A stretch of DNA of 40,846 bases from a virus (Duplodnaviria > Heunggongvirae > Uroviricota > Caudoviricetes). This document shows, one piece after another, positions 8,331 through 17,419 of this stretch (positions are counted from its first letter, which is position 1; each line of letters opens with the position of its first letter). Both the position numbers and the translations under genes were made by a program. Where the stretch lies: the IMG/VR virus record IMGVR_UViG_2630968414_000015. One strand, given 5' to 3'. The notes below the pieces were generated by a model, which saw only the letters and a program-made list of their open reading frames with translations, was not told where the DNA came from and did no database searches.

Positions 8331-9242
8331 TTACACTGAACTTACCGTTCTCCAGGCATTATTAATATAAATCTGAACCGGGCGATAATAGACCCCACCG
8401 ATATTGTCCGCAGACCGGGAGCCGGTTTCCTGCACGTTAATTCCGGAAAGCATACAACCGGAAGGTGCGCTGTAATTCCATGACATTTCATTGCCTCCGG
8501 GTGAATGATAGCTCTGTGCTCCAAGCTGAACATTCTGTACATACCGGCCATCTGCGGTTGACTGCGTCATTCCTGACGTGATGTTGATATCCAGCGTTCC
8601 GTCAAAAGGAACACCATTAATATTTCTTGGGGTGGCGAGTCTGTTTGCTGCCACGGCGGTTCCACCCGATGGCAGGGCATCAGCAGCCTTATTTACCGTT
8701 TCCCGTAAACCAACGTTATCGATAAAAGCGCCTTTATCCGGAATGTCTGCGCCGTTCTGCTCCCTGCGCAGGTAACGGTTATCACCTTCGCTTTTGCTGT
8801 AAACATCCAGATTATTACGGGCGGTTCCCGCATTCTCCAGGTCGGCAAGGTTCTGATCCTTCGCCAGAGCATTAACGTCACCGGGACCAAGACTGTTTTT
8901 TGTGGCAAGCGCCCCAAGACCAAGATAACCACGGGCAAGACGCTGGGCTTCCGCACCGGCATCAGCAATTTCTTTCAGGTTGTTTTTCCGGGAAAAGGCA
9001 TTCGCAGCGATAATGGCTTTAATGGACAGCGTAAGCTGGTTTAACTGCGCCTTATCCGGCTGAATACTGGCTTCAGCCAGAATATTCAGCAGTTCGGCCT
9101 GGAGAATATTCAGCCAGTCCTGACCAATCCAGCTGATACCTTTTTGTCCGTCACCTTCGGTAAACCAGGTGGTGGTATTACTCTGCGCCGGTGCCAGCGC
9201 AGGCATATTCGCCACGCCGGAATTATTATCAACATGGAACAT
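8331..9242 (-). CDS. Tail fibre protein (S-like), currently expressed variant
   Basis: Last late-operon gene before the invertible segment; start ATG 9242 overlaps the upstream stop (TAATG); the C-terminal 130 aa lie inside the invertible segment. An upstream start at 9296 is possible. Confidence 0.75.
   Translation of the reverse strand: MFHVDNNSGVANMPALAPAQSNTTTWFTEGDGQKGISWIGQDWLNILQAELLNILAEASIQPDKAQLNQLTLSIKAIIAANAFSRKNNLKEIADAGAEAQRLARGYLGLGALATKNSLGPGDVNALAKDQNLADLENAGTARNNLDVYSKSEGDNRYLRREQNGADIPDKGAFIDNVGLRETVNKAADALPSGGTAVAANRLATPRNINGVPFDGTLDINITSGMTQSTADGRYVQNVQLGAQSYHSPGGNEMSWNYSAPSGCMLSGINVQETGSRSADNIGGVYYRPVQIYINNAWRTVSSV
8700..8725 (-). other. gix-like recombination site inside the tail-fibre gene
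   Basis: Minus-strand read TTATCGATAACG-TT-GGTTTACGGGAA; about 21/26 match to the Mu/P1 gix-cix consensus as I recall it (TTATCCAAAACC-TC-GGTTTACAGGAA); in frame (IDNV-GLRE). Confidence 0.65.
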
Positions 9243-9802
9243 TAAATATTCTCCTCTTCGTGACTGTTTGCATATACGTAAATAAACGTCTGCCATGCAG
9301 GCTTATAACGGTTCAGAATACATTCCAGCGCACCGCCTTCATAAATACGCAGCGGCGTGAGAATATCATCCAGCACATTCATATTCCGGTAGCCGGTTTC
9401 ACTGTTAATCGTGACAATACTGACCCACTGTGAATCCGGTGATGGCTGAATATCTATTTCATAACCAAACTCTGCCGCAAACCGGATATAAAATTCACGG
9501 TTAAGAGAGGGTTTCATCCGGTATTTATTCCCGGCATAACGCTGACGCTCCTGAATGGTTGCGCCGGTCATATCACATTCCGGTAACCCCAGATAACGCT
9601 CCCAGTCTTCCAGCAGCAGACGGGATGAATCAGGAAAACGTTCTGCCAGCATCTGGTTACCGGTCCAGGAAACACGCTCCGTGGAATGACTGAGGCCCAG
9701 GCACAAAGCCGCAAGAACGGATGACGGCCGCTTATCCCATGCCAGCCCGTCAGGCAGCAACTGCAACAGGGCGCGCTGATGCGGGGTCAGGGTTACAGCC
9801 AT
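9242..9802 (-). CDS. Tail/baseplate protein (Mu gp48-like)
   Basis: 186-aa ORF between the baseplate J-like gene and the tail fibre; assigned by position and size. Confidence 0.55.
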   Translation of the reverse strand: MAVTLTPHQRALLQLLPDGLAWDKRPSSVLAALCLGLSHSTERVSWTGNQMLAERFPDSSRLLLEDWERYLGLPECDMTGATIQERQRYAGNKYRMKPSLNREFYIRFAAEFGYEIDIQPSPDSQWVSIVTINSETGYRNMNVLDDILTPLRIYEGGALECILNRYKPAWQTFIYVYANSHEEENI

Positions 9803-10878
9803 GTGATTTCCCCCACGGTCAGCAACTCTGTATCTCCGGCCATCACGGACTTCAGCGGGCTGCGAACTTCAAAATCCTCCAGTCCTTTCACCCCTGCAAC
9901 AGCCCGCCAGAATGATGAAGGCAATACAAGTCCACCCGGCCGCGATTCGTTATAAAGCAGGTCTGTTAATGCCTGTTTTACGGCAGCCTGATTTTCCGGC
10001 GTTTTGGGTACAATCCTGATCTCAAACGCCACCGGCTTATTGGTCAGCTTAAACACGCTGATTGTCGGCCCAAGTGGCTGACCAACGGGCTGGCCCGTCG
10101 CCGGATCATCATGACTGCGGATATAATCCGCCACCCGCTTCACATCACCTTCTCCGGGGAAAATGTCAGGGTTATTATCCTGAACAAAAGTCACACCAAC
10201 ACTACCCGCCTCAGGCCATTCAGGCTTACACCATGCCCGCGTCACGCCCGGTACTTCCCGTGCCCAGCGTTCAAAATCATACTGTGTTCCCCCTGATGGC
10301 GGGTTCTGTACCCGGAATACCAGCCTGGACAGCAACTCCGGCACCGTTTCCACATCCGCACCACCGGTGAGTCCCGTGCCGGTGACCGTGGCTGTCTGGT
10401 TGATGCCCGCCTGTGGCGTGATAAAGGACAGGCGGGTTCCGGTCGGGGTATTTCCAGCGCGCCCCGCACTTTCCGCCTCCACATTAACATTCAGTGTTCC
10501 GGCTTTTCCGGTCGCAGAGCCGGTGATGCGGTACACAACCCCATCGCTTCGCTGAAGGAGTACGCCTTCCGTGATCCCTGCATCCGTGGTCAGCATCAGT
10601 TGTACCGGTCCGTCAGCGCGGGAAGCCGGTTTACGGATGACACCCCAGAATGCGCAGTGTTTCAGGAGTTCGGCTTCATCAGCTTCTGTCGGAATTATCT
10701 GCCGGGAGATCCAGGCCAGATGTTCATGCTCCTGTGCTGACAGACCCGCCAGTGCATACGCAATGGCATTCAGGGTGGTTTCATTCACGCCCGGCTGCGA
10801 ACCGGGCAGGCGCTGGCTGATATCCTGTTGTGTCTGTGTGATCAGTTGCGCCAGTGGTAAGGGCTGATAAGGCATCAT
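9793..10878 (-). CDS. Baseplate J-like protein (Mu gp47-like)
   Basis: 361-aa ORF in the conserved baseplate position, overlapping its neighbours by a few bp. Confidence 0.65.
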   Translation of the reverse strand: MMPYQPLPLAQLITQTQQDISQRLPGSQPGVNETTLNAIAYALAGLSAQEHEHLAWISRQIIPTEADEAELLKHCAFWGVIRKPASRADGPVQLMLTTDAGITEGVLLQRSDGVVYRITGSATGKAGTLNVNVEAESAGRAGNTPTGTRLSFITPQAGINQTATVTGTGLTGGADVETVPELLSRLVFRVQNPPSGGTQYDFERWAREVPGVTRAWCKPEWPEAGSVGVTFVQDNNPDIFPGEGDVKRVADYIRSHDDPATGQPVGQPLGPTISVFKLTNKPVAFEIRIVPKTPENQAAVKQALTDLLYNESRPGGLVLPSSFWRAVAGVKGLEDFEVRSPLKSVMAGDTELLTVGEITWL

Positions 10879-11312
10879 TCCCCCTTCATATCAGCATAAA
10901 AAATCATCGGATGTCTGCTTCCGTCCGGCAGGGTGATTTTCACGGAAAGCGAAAGGCGAGCATGCCCCACACGCATGGCATGACATACCACGGATGTGGC
11001 AGCACCGCTTTTATGCAGCCACGCCAGCGCTTCATCAGCATAGGCCTGTGCACGGCTGACCACGGAGGACAGCGTCTTTTCACGGCTTAACAGCCAGAGA
11101 CGGGAGCCAACGGGGCGCTCCCGGAAACTGTCTCCCCACCATCCCCGACGGTCACGGGTGCCGTCAGGGATTTCATCGGAATCCAGCGCCCGCCTGTCCG
11201 TAAACAGTGAAATAATGACCGCAGTCAGCAGGCTGTTATCCGTCAGAAGATCTGCGCCGTTCAGTTGCAGGGAACCGCAACCCTGATCCCAGACGACAGC
11301 AATATCAGCCAT
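10875..11312 (-). CDS. Baseplate protein (Mu gp46-like)
   Basis: Internal start MADIAVVWDQ...; its ATG overlaps the gp45-like stop; the longer ORF (to 11525) overlaps the upstream gene in another frame. Confidence 0.6.
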   Translation of the reverse strand: MADIAVVWDQGCGSLQLNGADLLTDNSLLTAVIISLFTDRRALDSDEIPDGTRDRRGWWGDSFRERPVGSRLWLLSREKTLSSVVSRAQAYADEALAWLHKSGAATSVVCHAMRVGHARLSLSVKITLPDGSRHPMIFYADMKGE

Positions 11313-11919
11313 TCTCTGGTCCTCCCGTTTTGCTGCCTTCACCGTTATCGTGATGCACATGACCTGAATAGGTGATCCCGGCAATAACCGCTTCGGACAT
11401 CGTGAACGTCCCCTGTGATCTTCCGGTGCCGTCAATGGACACATTGCCTTTGACATGCAGGTTCTTATCCACTGTGACATTACCGGTAAAGTGAGCCTCC
11501 GGTGTATCCACCTGAACACCTTCATCGGCGTAAATCTCCAGCGTCTTACAGGTCACAATGATCCGGCCGTTCTTTGTCAGACGTATACGGTGCCCCTCAT
11601 GGTGATACACGCCGGTATCTCCGGCGGTAAGTCCGGTCGGGCGACTGCGGCGGTCTTCCACCACAAGCACCACGGCCTGATCCCGTTGTCCGCCAGCACA
11701 GGCCAGAAAAACTTCCGCACCAGGCAGGGGGACGCTGATTTGCCCGTACTGCTGGGGGCGTTCAACGTCATCAAAGGTTTCACCATCCATACCGGTGATT
11801 TGCACATTCTGGATTTTCAGCGTGTCCGTTGTGCCGGTCAGTACACCACGCCCGAACAGCAGACGAACACCCCGCATCACGGGGGCCAGAAGGCGGCTGA
11901 TGACTTCGTCATTCATCAT
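11305..11919 (-). CDS. Baseplate spike/assembly protein (gpV-like, Mu gp45-like)
   Basis: 204-aa ORF with a beta-rich C-terminus (GNVTVDKNLHVKGNVSIDGTG) typical of spike proteins. Confidence 0.6.
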   Translation of the reverse strand: MMNDEVISRLLAPVMRGVRLLFGRGVLTGTTDTLKIQNVQITGMDGETFDDVERPQQYGQISVPLPGAEVFLACAGGQRDQAVVLVVEDRRSRPTGLTAGDTGVYHHEGHRIRLTKNGRIIVTCKTLEIYADEGVQVDTPEAHFTGNVTVDKNLHVKGNVSIDGTGRSQGTFTMSEAVIAGITYSGHVHHDNGEGSKTGGPENG

Positions 11920-13033
11920 TGAATTTAATCCCCTGTTTTTTCATCTGTGCCCGCACGAAGGCGTCCACGTCACCCGCATTTCCGCTTCCGCTGTTTCCCG
12001 GCTCTGCCGGAACAATAAAGCCGTCACGGGGTGCCAGAATCAGACGGGTGGTTTCGCCGTGATTTGCATCCAGCGAAAACTCCACCTGACAGACAAGAAG
12101 ATCACGCTCTTCCACTCCGGTGCGGGGAGCCGTGACAGCCGTCAGCAGGTTGATATCCCACAACTGGCCGTTCTCCCGAAACCAGTGCCGCACGGTGGCT
12201 GTCAGGCGCACAGAGCGGGCAACCGCCCGGCGCATTTCCCGGACAGCCCTCTGGCGTGCACCGTCTGCATCAACAGCATGATCCGCCAGCACAATTTTCG
12301 GTCTGTAACGGTGGATGGCACTGTCTGTCACCGTACCAACGGGTGCGGCCAGCGTTCCGGCTGTCAGTGCATCCCCGGCATGACCACCACCACGCCCGTG
12401 CCCCCGTACACGGTATTCACTGTGGCGCAGACGGTGATCCACGTTGTGATCCAAATCCAGCAGATTTTCGCCCAGCGTCAGCGTGTCGCCACGCTGACTG
12501 CCGGCCTGAGTGAAAACCAGTTCACCGGCGGCATTACTGGTTACCAGGACGCCTCTGTGTCTCGCGGCCCGTGTCAGCGCATCTGCCACGGTTTCTGAGT
12601 TTTCCAGTGTGAAGGTGGAAAAGGGCCGGGCTGCCGTTGCATCATTTACCTGCCAGCGCACCGTGACCCCGAACGGAGCACACAAATCTGAAGCAATGTG
12701 CTCCAGCGTGCGGTTCCTCCACTGGCTGCCCGGATGAATGGCTGAACAGTCCACCAGGTCACCGGTTTTATCCCGTCCGCTGAGCGTGATCTGAAAACGC
12801 GTGGCGCTGATGCGCTGCCGGACCTGATCCAGCCAGCCAGTGATCACAGGCTGACCGTCAATGCGCAATTCCAGAGACTGACCGGCACGGACGGATGACG
12901 GAAGGCGTACACCGGGCATCATTACCCCCAGTTCAAAGGAGCCCGCCAGATGTTCAAGAGAGCGACGAACACTCACCGTCAGCCAGCCGGAAAAAATCTC
13001 ACCGCCCAGATACAGTTCAACCCTGCTGCTCAC
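11909..13033 (-). CDS. Baseplate hub / tail protein (Mu P gp44-like)
   Basis: 374-aa ORF directly downstream of the N-like gene, as in Mu. Confidence 0.6.
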   Translation of the reverse strand: MSSRVELYLGGEIFSGWLTVSVRRSLEHLAGSFELGVMMPGVRLPSSVRAGQSLELRIDGQPVITGWLDQVRQRISATRFQITLSGRDKTGDLVDCSAIHPGSQWRNRTLEHIASDLCAPFGVTVRWQVNDATAARPFSTFTLENSETVADALTRAARHRGVLVTSNAAGELVFTQAGSQRGDTLTLGENLLDLDHNVDHRLRHSEYRVRGHGRGGGHAGDALTAGTLAAPVGTVTDSAIHRYRPKIVLADHAVDADGARQRAVREMRRAVARSVRLTATVRHWFRENGQLWDINLLTAVTAPRTGVEERDLLVCQVEFSLDANHGETTRLILAPRDGFIVPAEPGNSGSGNAGDVDAFVRAQMKKQGIKFNDE

Positions 13034-14387
13034 TAATCACCTCCACTGAATGGCCTCCGGGAATGAACAGCGGATCAACAATACCGTTACGGCGCACAAA
13101 ACGTTGCCAGCCGGTACTGTTCCCGGTGGCACGGTACAGGGTCACCAGTGCAGGCTCGGTGGTACGTACAGTCACTACTGTTGCACCGGGTAGCTGAACT
13201 CCCCGTGTATTCAGATCCTCTGTCAGTGCCAGTCTGGCATCACGAAGCGTCAGCGCCGTGGCGGTATACCCCTGCCCGGACAGTGTCATCACCTGCCGTT
13301 CGAGCGCTTCGCTTAAGTCACGGTTAATGCGCTGAAGATCAACTGAACTTTCCAGCCAGACAGGCCAGGTACGGTGGGCTGCGTCACTGTCCGGCAGGGT
13401 TTCCTGACTGAGAACCTGATCCAGCAGTTTTCCCACGGTCTGTGCCTGGGCCACCACGGCAGCACTCTGCATTACCGCCCGTATCAGACGAATATTCTTT
13501 TGTGCTGCCGGTGTCAGACCGATGAGAGTCTGCGGATTATCCTGCTCATCCAGCACGTAACGCAGGGAAGATAATGTCCTGTACAGTTGCGGCATTCCCT
13601 GAGAGAAGGCGGATGTCGTCCGGCCGATACTGCCACCGGGCCGGGTATTCAGGCCTCCTGAAGACAGTGACGGCAGCGATGGCAGGGTGATCAGGGCACT
13701 GAAAAGCCCCGCAAAAGATGAGGCCATGCGGGAAGGTGCTGTCAGTAATGCCGTGGCATTCCCTTTCAGCGCCGTGAACGTGGCAGTAAAGGCACTGATA
13801 TCCTGTACAATCCCCATGCCGGAAACGGCATTTTCCAGGGCGGACACCTTATCGCTGATGGTTTCGGTCATTGCCTGGACATCGTGCATTCCGTCAGAAA
13901 TCACCGTCCAGCCCGCTTCCAGGGTTTCAAAAACCTTCCCGAGCGCGGTGGTACTCTTCTGCTCCAGAATGGCGGCCGTGTCCTGTGTGACAGCAGGTGC
14001 GGTATCATCACTTACCGGCGTGACATTAATGGTGAACTCAACCACGCCCTGTTCAGCAGCGTTATAACGACTTTCAAAGCTGTTTATCAGCACATTTAAC
14101 GTGCCGTAATCCGGGTGAAGCAGCTCCCCGGCACCGGGAGCACGAAGGGCATCACGCAGACGATTTCGCTGTGTCTGAACATCATCCCCCATCACAAGTA
14201 CACTGAACGTAAATTCAGCCAGTTTAGGTCCCAGATCGTCTGCACCACCGGTTTCCCGTAACGGATATTCCCGACGGACAATGTTTCGCCCGCCACGTTC
14301 GCGCTGCTCACGCCAGACGAGGAACGGCACACCACGGAACGCACCACGACCGTCACCAGAGGCCATAATTCCCTCCGTTCCAGACAT
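13017..14387 (-). CDS. DNA circularisation protein N-like (Mu gp43-like)
   Basis: 456-aa ORF immediately after the tape measure gene; N-terminus GVPFLVWREQRERGGRNIVRREYP is typical of this family. Confidence 0.65.
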   Translation of the reverse strand: MSGTEGIMASGDGRGAFRGVPFLVWREQRERGGRNIVRREYPLRETGGADDLGPKLAEFTFSVLVMGDDVQTQRNRLRDALRAPGAGELLHPDYGTLNVLINSFESRYNAAEQGVVEFTINVTPVSDDTAPAVTQDTAAILEQKSTTALGKVFETLEAGWTVISDGMHDVQAMTETISDKVSALENAVSGMGIVQDISAFTATFTALKGNATALLTAPSRMASSFAGLFSALITLPSLPSLSSGGLNTRPGGSIGRTTSAFSQGMPQLYRTLSSLRYVLDEQDNPQTLIGLTPAAQKNIRLIRAVMQSAAVVAQAQTVGKLLDQVLSQETLPDSDAAHRTWPVWLESSVDLQRINRDLSEALERQVMTLSGQGYTATALTLRDARLALTEDLNTRGVQLPGATVVTVRTTEPALVTLYRATGNSTGWQRFVRRNGIVDPLFIPGGHSVEVISEQQG

Positions 14388-16428
14388 TCACATCCAGTCC
14401 GTGACCGGACGTGTCATCAATATCAATACTGCGAGCCTGCCACCCTTCCGGGGCAACCAGCTCCACACGGGCAGAGGCTTTTTGTACCGCCTGTCCACTG
14501 CTTTCATCATCACTGCCCCGTAATTTCTGCCAGGCTTCAGTCAGCCATCCCCCCAGATAGTTACCGAGATAGCTGCCCACCGTAGAACCAATGGCAATCC
14601 CCACAGGTCCGGCTGCCGCCCCCAGCGCACCACCGGCAATACTGCCTGCAAGAGAGCCGACCGCTTCTCCCTTGTCTGTGGCACTGGCGCTGCCATCCAG
14701 CAGAACCGGGGCTGCCATCGCGCCAGCCCACAGGGCACCTCCACCCAGCCGGCCGGCCAGTCCACCGGCACTGCGGAAAAAGCCGGAGAAACGCCCCAGC
14801 CCCATGCGGCTACCGACAGACGAAAGTAACCCACCGGCGCGCCCCATCATGCGCCCCCAGAACCCTGCCCCACCAGAAGAGGGAGACGGTGGCACTGGGG
14901 ACGGTGGCAGGGGAGGCGTGACCGGTCTTCCGCGCCCCGGTCCGCGTTTCCTGCGGCCCCGCCCCTGACGTCCGCCTGAGGATGTATCGGTCGCGCCGGT
15001 GCCGGACAGTCCTCCTGTGGGCCAGTTTGTTACAAGTACTGGCTGAACGGCTGCCGGATTTACCCCGGTAAGAAAGTTTATAAAACGTTGCCCTCGTCCC
15101 TGATATGTGCCTGGTGGTGTTCCGGCCGGAGGAGAGCGCCGGAAAGGTGAGGTCAGGAAGGCCGCCGCTGATAATCCGTATCCCAGCAATGCAGCACCCG
15201 GACGTATAATCCCCGTTCCGACAGCCCGCGCCATTTTCAGGGCACGGGTGGCGAGATACATGTACAGCAGGTATTTCGCGGCGGTCTGTGCCCCCTGACC
15301 AATGCGATCCAGCGCATCACCATAGCCCGCATCCCGCAGAGCCTGAAGCGTGTCGCGTACCTTTCTGATCGCCTGATAAAACCCAGTCACTGCATCACGG
15401 GCATACTCAAAGCCCTGGTTCATGGCTGATGCCGTGCTTTCCGCCAGGGAATGGTAACTGCCATCAGATTTGGCACTGTCAACCCATGAAAGAAATCCCC
15501 TGAGATTACCCTTCAGTTTTTCAAATGGCCCACTGTCCATCACATCCCGGGCAAACTGGTCCCAGACGTCACCCATCATGGCCGTCAGGCCACTCCAGGA
15601 ATTCATTGCGTCCTTTTGTGCTCCCCTGGCCTGTTCCGCCAGCGTCTGAAATAACAGGCGAATACTGTCCGGCCCAAGCAGCCCTTTTTCACCAAGTTTT
15701 CTGACCACTTTCTGGTCCACACCCAGACGATCAGCCAGCACGCGGTAGGCATTAATGCCGTAGGTGGCAAGAATATTTGCATCCGCCGCCTGAATACTGC
15801 CTCTTGCATACATCTGTTTCAGTTGCAGGGATGCCCCCTGTGCATCGGACAGTGACCAGCCGCCCACGGCACCCTGATCCTGAAGCATGGTGACAAAATT
15901 TCGGGCCTCCCTGTCACTCATACCAAAGCCCAGACTGGACGTATATTCCTGCATGACGCCAGCCAGCCCCCAGGTGGTTTCCTTCGCATTCTGTATTGCC
16001 CACCTGCGGACATCATCAGTTTTCGCCCGATCCCCTTTGTAAAGGGAGTTCAGGCGAATCATATAGGTTTCCATCTCCGCTGCCGGGCGAATAAATCCCC
16101 GGTTAAAGCCATATACAGCAGCACCACCGGCCAGCATTCCGTAAAGATTGCTGATCCGCCCGATGGTGCCGGTAATACTGCCCTGAAGACGGTCAAAATC
16201 AGAAGTGACATGGCGGATACTGCCCCGCACCCCGGCCAGCGTGCGCTGCATCCTGCTTCCGAGTACATCTGTTTCCTGCCCGGCACGGCGGGCAGCATTT
16301 CCCAGGCCACCCAGCCCCGCCTGGCCGGAGCGTGAGAATGCCCCCAGCTCCTGTGACCACTGGCGGGATTTGGCTGAGATATTGCCGAGCAAATCAACTA
16401 TCAGAGATGCTCTGAGATTTCGGGCCAT
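14353..16428 (-). CDS. Tail tape measure protein
   Basis: 691-aa ORF, alpha-helical N-terminal half and Gly/Pro-rich C-terminal half, located after the tube and chaperone genes. Confidence 0.8.
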   Translation of the reverse strand: MARNLRASLIVDLLGNISAKSRQWSQELGAFSRSGQAGLGGLGNAARRAGQETDVLGSRMQRTLAGVRGSIRHVTSDFDRLQGSITGTIGRISNLYGMLAGGAAVYGFNRGFIRPAAEMETYMIRLNSLYKGDRAKTDDVRRWAIQNAKETTWGLAGVMQEYTSSLGFGMSDREARNFVTMLQDQGAVGGWSLSDAQGASLQLKQMYARGSIQAADANILATYGINAYRVLADRLGVDQKVVRKLGEKGLLGPDSIRLLFQTLAEQARGAQKDAMNSWSGLTAMMGDVWDQFARDVMDSGPFEKLKGNLRGFLSWVDSAKSDGSYHSLAESTASAMNQGFEYARDAVTGFYQAIRKVRDTLQALRDAGYGDALDRIGQGAQTAAKYLLYMYLATRALKMARAVGTGIIRPGAALLGYGLSAAAFLTSPFRRSPPAGTPPGTYQGRGQRFINFLTGVNPAAVQPVLVTNWPTGGLSGTGATDTSSGGRQGRGRRKRGPGRGRPVTPPLPPSPVPPSPSSGGAGFWGRMMGRAGGLLSSVGSRMGLGRFSGFFRSAGGLAGRLGGGALWAGAMAAPVLLDGSASATDKGEAVGSLAGSIAGGALGAAAGPVGIAIGSTVGSYLGNYLGGWLTEAWQKLRGSDDESSGQAVQKASARVELVAPEGWQARSIDIDDTSGHGLDVNVWNGGNYGLW

Positions 16429-16554
16429 ACTTACTGCTTCGTTCTGATGATTTTTTCTGTCTGTCGGCAGTGCCGGTAAAGTTGCGACAGGGGGAGGTTA
16501 AGCGCCCATTCCGGACCGCTTTTTGTCACCATCCCCAGGATAATTGCCGCTTCT

Positions 16555-17049
16555 TCAATCTGATCCCGACACTGCGCCTGATCGCCCCCGGTCAGCTGCC
16601 AGCTTTCCGGCAAGCGCGGTATCCAGCAGGCTGACCGCTGCCATCAGGCGGGAGAGATCGCGCTCGCTTAACTGTCCAATCTGACGGGGTGACAACGGAC
16701 CTTCAATGTCTCCCACTGCGGCAATCTGACGGCGCAGCAGTGCAACACCGCGTAACGACGGAGACGCTATCAGCATCGGGCCATTGTTTGTCTCCACCAC
16801 GCGCTCGGCTTCTGCTTCTGCGTCAATACTGTCTTTCGCTGTCAGTTCCCGGAACGTGACACGATATTCACGGGTCTCACCAAACGGCAGACCATCAAGC
16901 AGATCCACATATCCCTTTGCCAGTTGCTCTGTCAGCCCGGCAGTGCGTGGATCAGCCCCCTCAAGTGCTTCCCGGATTGCCTCCATCACGGCTGCCTCGG
17001 AAACTGCCGTTTTTTTCTTACGTGTGGTCATTTTATTTTTCCTGATCAC
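16555..17049 (-). CDS. Tail assembly chaperone (Mu gp41 position)
   Basis: 164-aa acidic ORF between the tail tube and tape measure genes. Confidence 0.55.
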   Translation of the reverse strand: MIRKNKMTTRKKKTAVSEAAVMEAIREALEGADPRTAGLTEQLAKGYVDLLDGLPFGETREYRVTFRELTAKDSIDAEAEAERVVETNNGPMLIASPSLRGVALLRRQIAAVGDIEGPLSPRQIGQLSERDLSRLMAAVSLLDTALAGKLAADRGRSGAVSGSD

Positions 17050-17411
17050 TGAACACGGGTACTGGAGGCGCTGGCGAACTTCACGGAGATCTCCCCGCCA
17101 CCGTCAAGCGAGGCCGGTTCACTGCTCCAGGCCTTCGTCATCATGTGGACTTCGCCGGTATCCGCCACAAACTCGATAGTGACCGCAGTCCAGTTGTTGA
17201 TTTCATCGGCGGCTGGTGAACCTTCTCCGCCTGCCGGAAATTTGCAGTCCAGCGTCGCTTCACGTGGTTTCTGGCGGTAACCATAGACTTTCGCGCCTTT
17301 CACCACTTCACGTTCAAAACCAGACGGAGAAAATGTAGCCCCCTCAAGCGTCTCGTATTCCTGACCGTTCACACGGATAGTGGCCGTACCCTGATACTGT
17401 TTTCCGCTCAT
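17046..17411 (-). CDS. Tail tube protein (Mu M-like)
   Basis: 121-aa ORF directly after the sheath gene. Confidence 0.75.
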   Translation of the reverse strand: MSGKQYQGTATIRVNGQEYETLEGATFSPSGFEREVVKGAKVYGYRQKPREATLDCKFPAGGEGSPAADEINNWTAVTIEFVADTGEVHMMTKAWSSEPASLDGGGEISVKFASASSTRVQ

Positions 17412-17419
17412 GCCTTACC

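Noticed and set aside
10875-11525. Full-length 216-aa ORF as the gp46-like protein
   Set aside because: Its first 71 codons overlap the upstream spike gene in another frame; the internal ATG at 11312 (MADIAVVWD...) overlapping the upstream stop is the plausible start.
11795-12598. 267-aa + strand ORF (also 18101-19027, 21108-22148, 25752-26351, 28067-28660 and similar)
   Set aside because: Antisense shadow ORFs inside GC-rich minus-strand structural genes; Arg/Cys/His-rich, with no start context, and they break operon collinearity.
16431-16613. 60-aa ORF overlapping the 3' end of the tail assembly chaperone gene, as a possible programmed frameshift extension
   Set aside because: It lies in the +1 frame relative to the chaperone gene, not -1; no X_XXY_YYZ slippery heptamer is visible at the overlap and the ORF begins with TTG. 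Cannot support a recoding claim from sequence alone.
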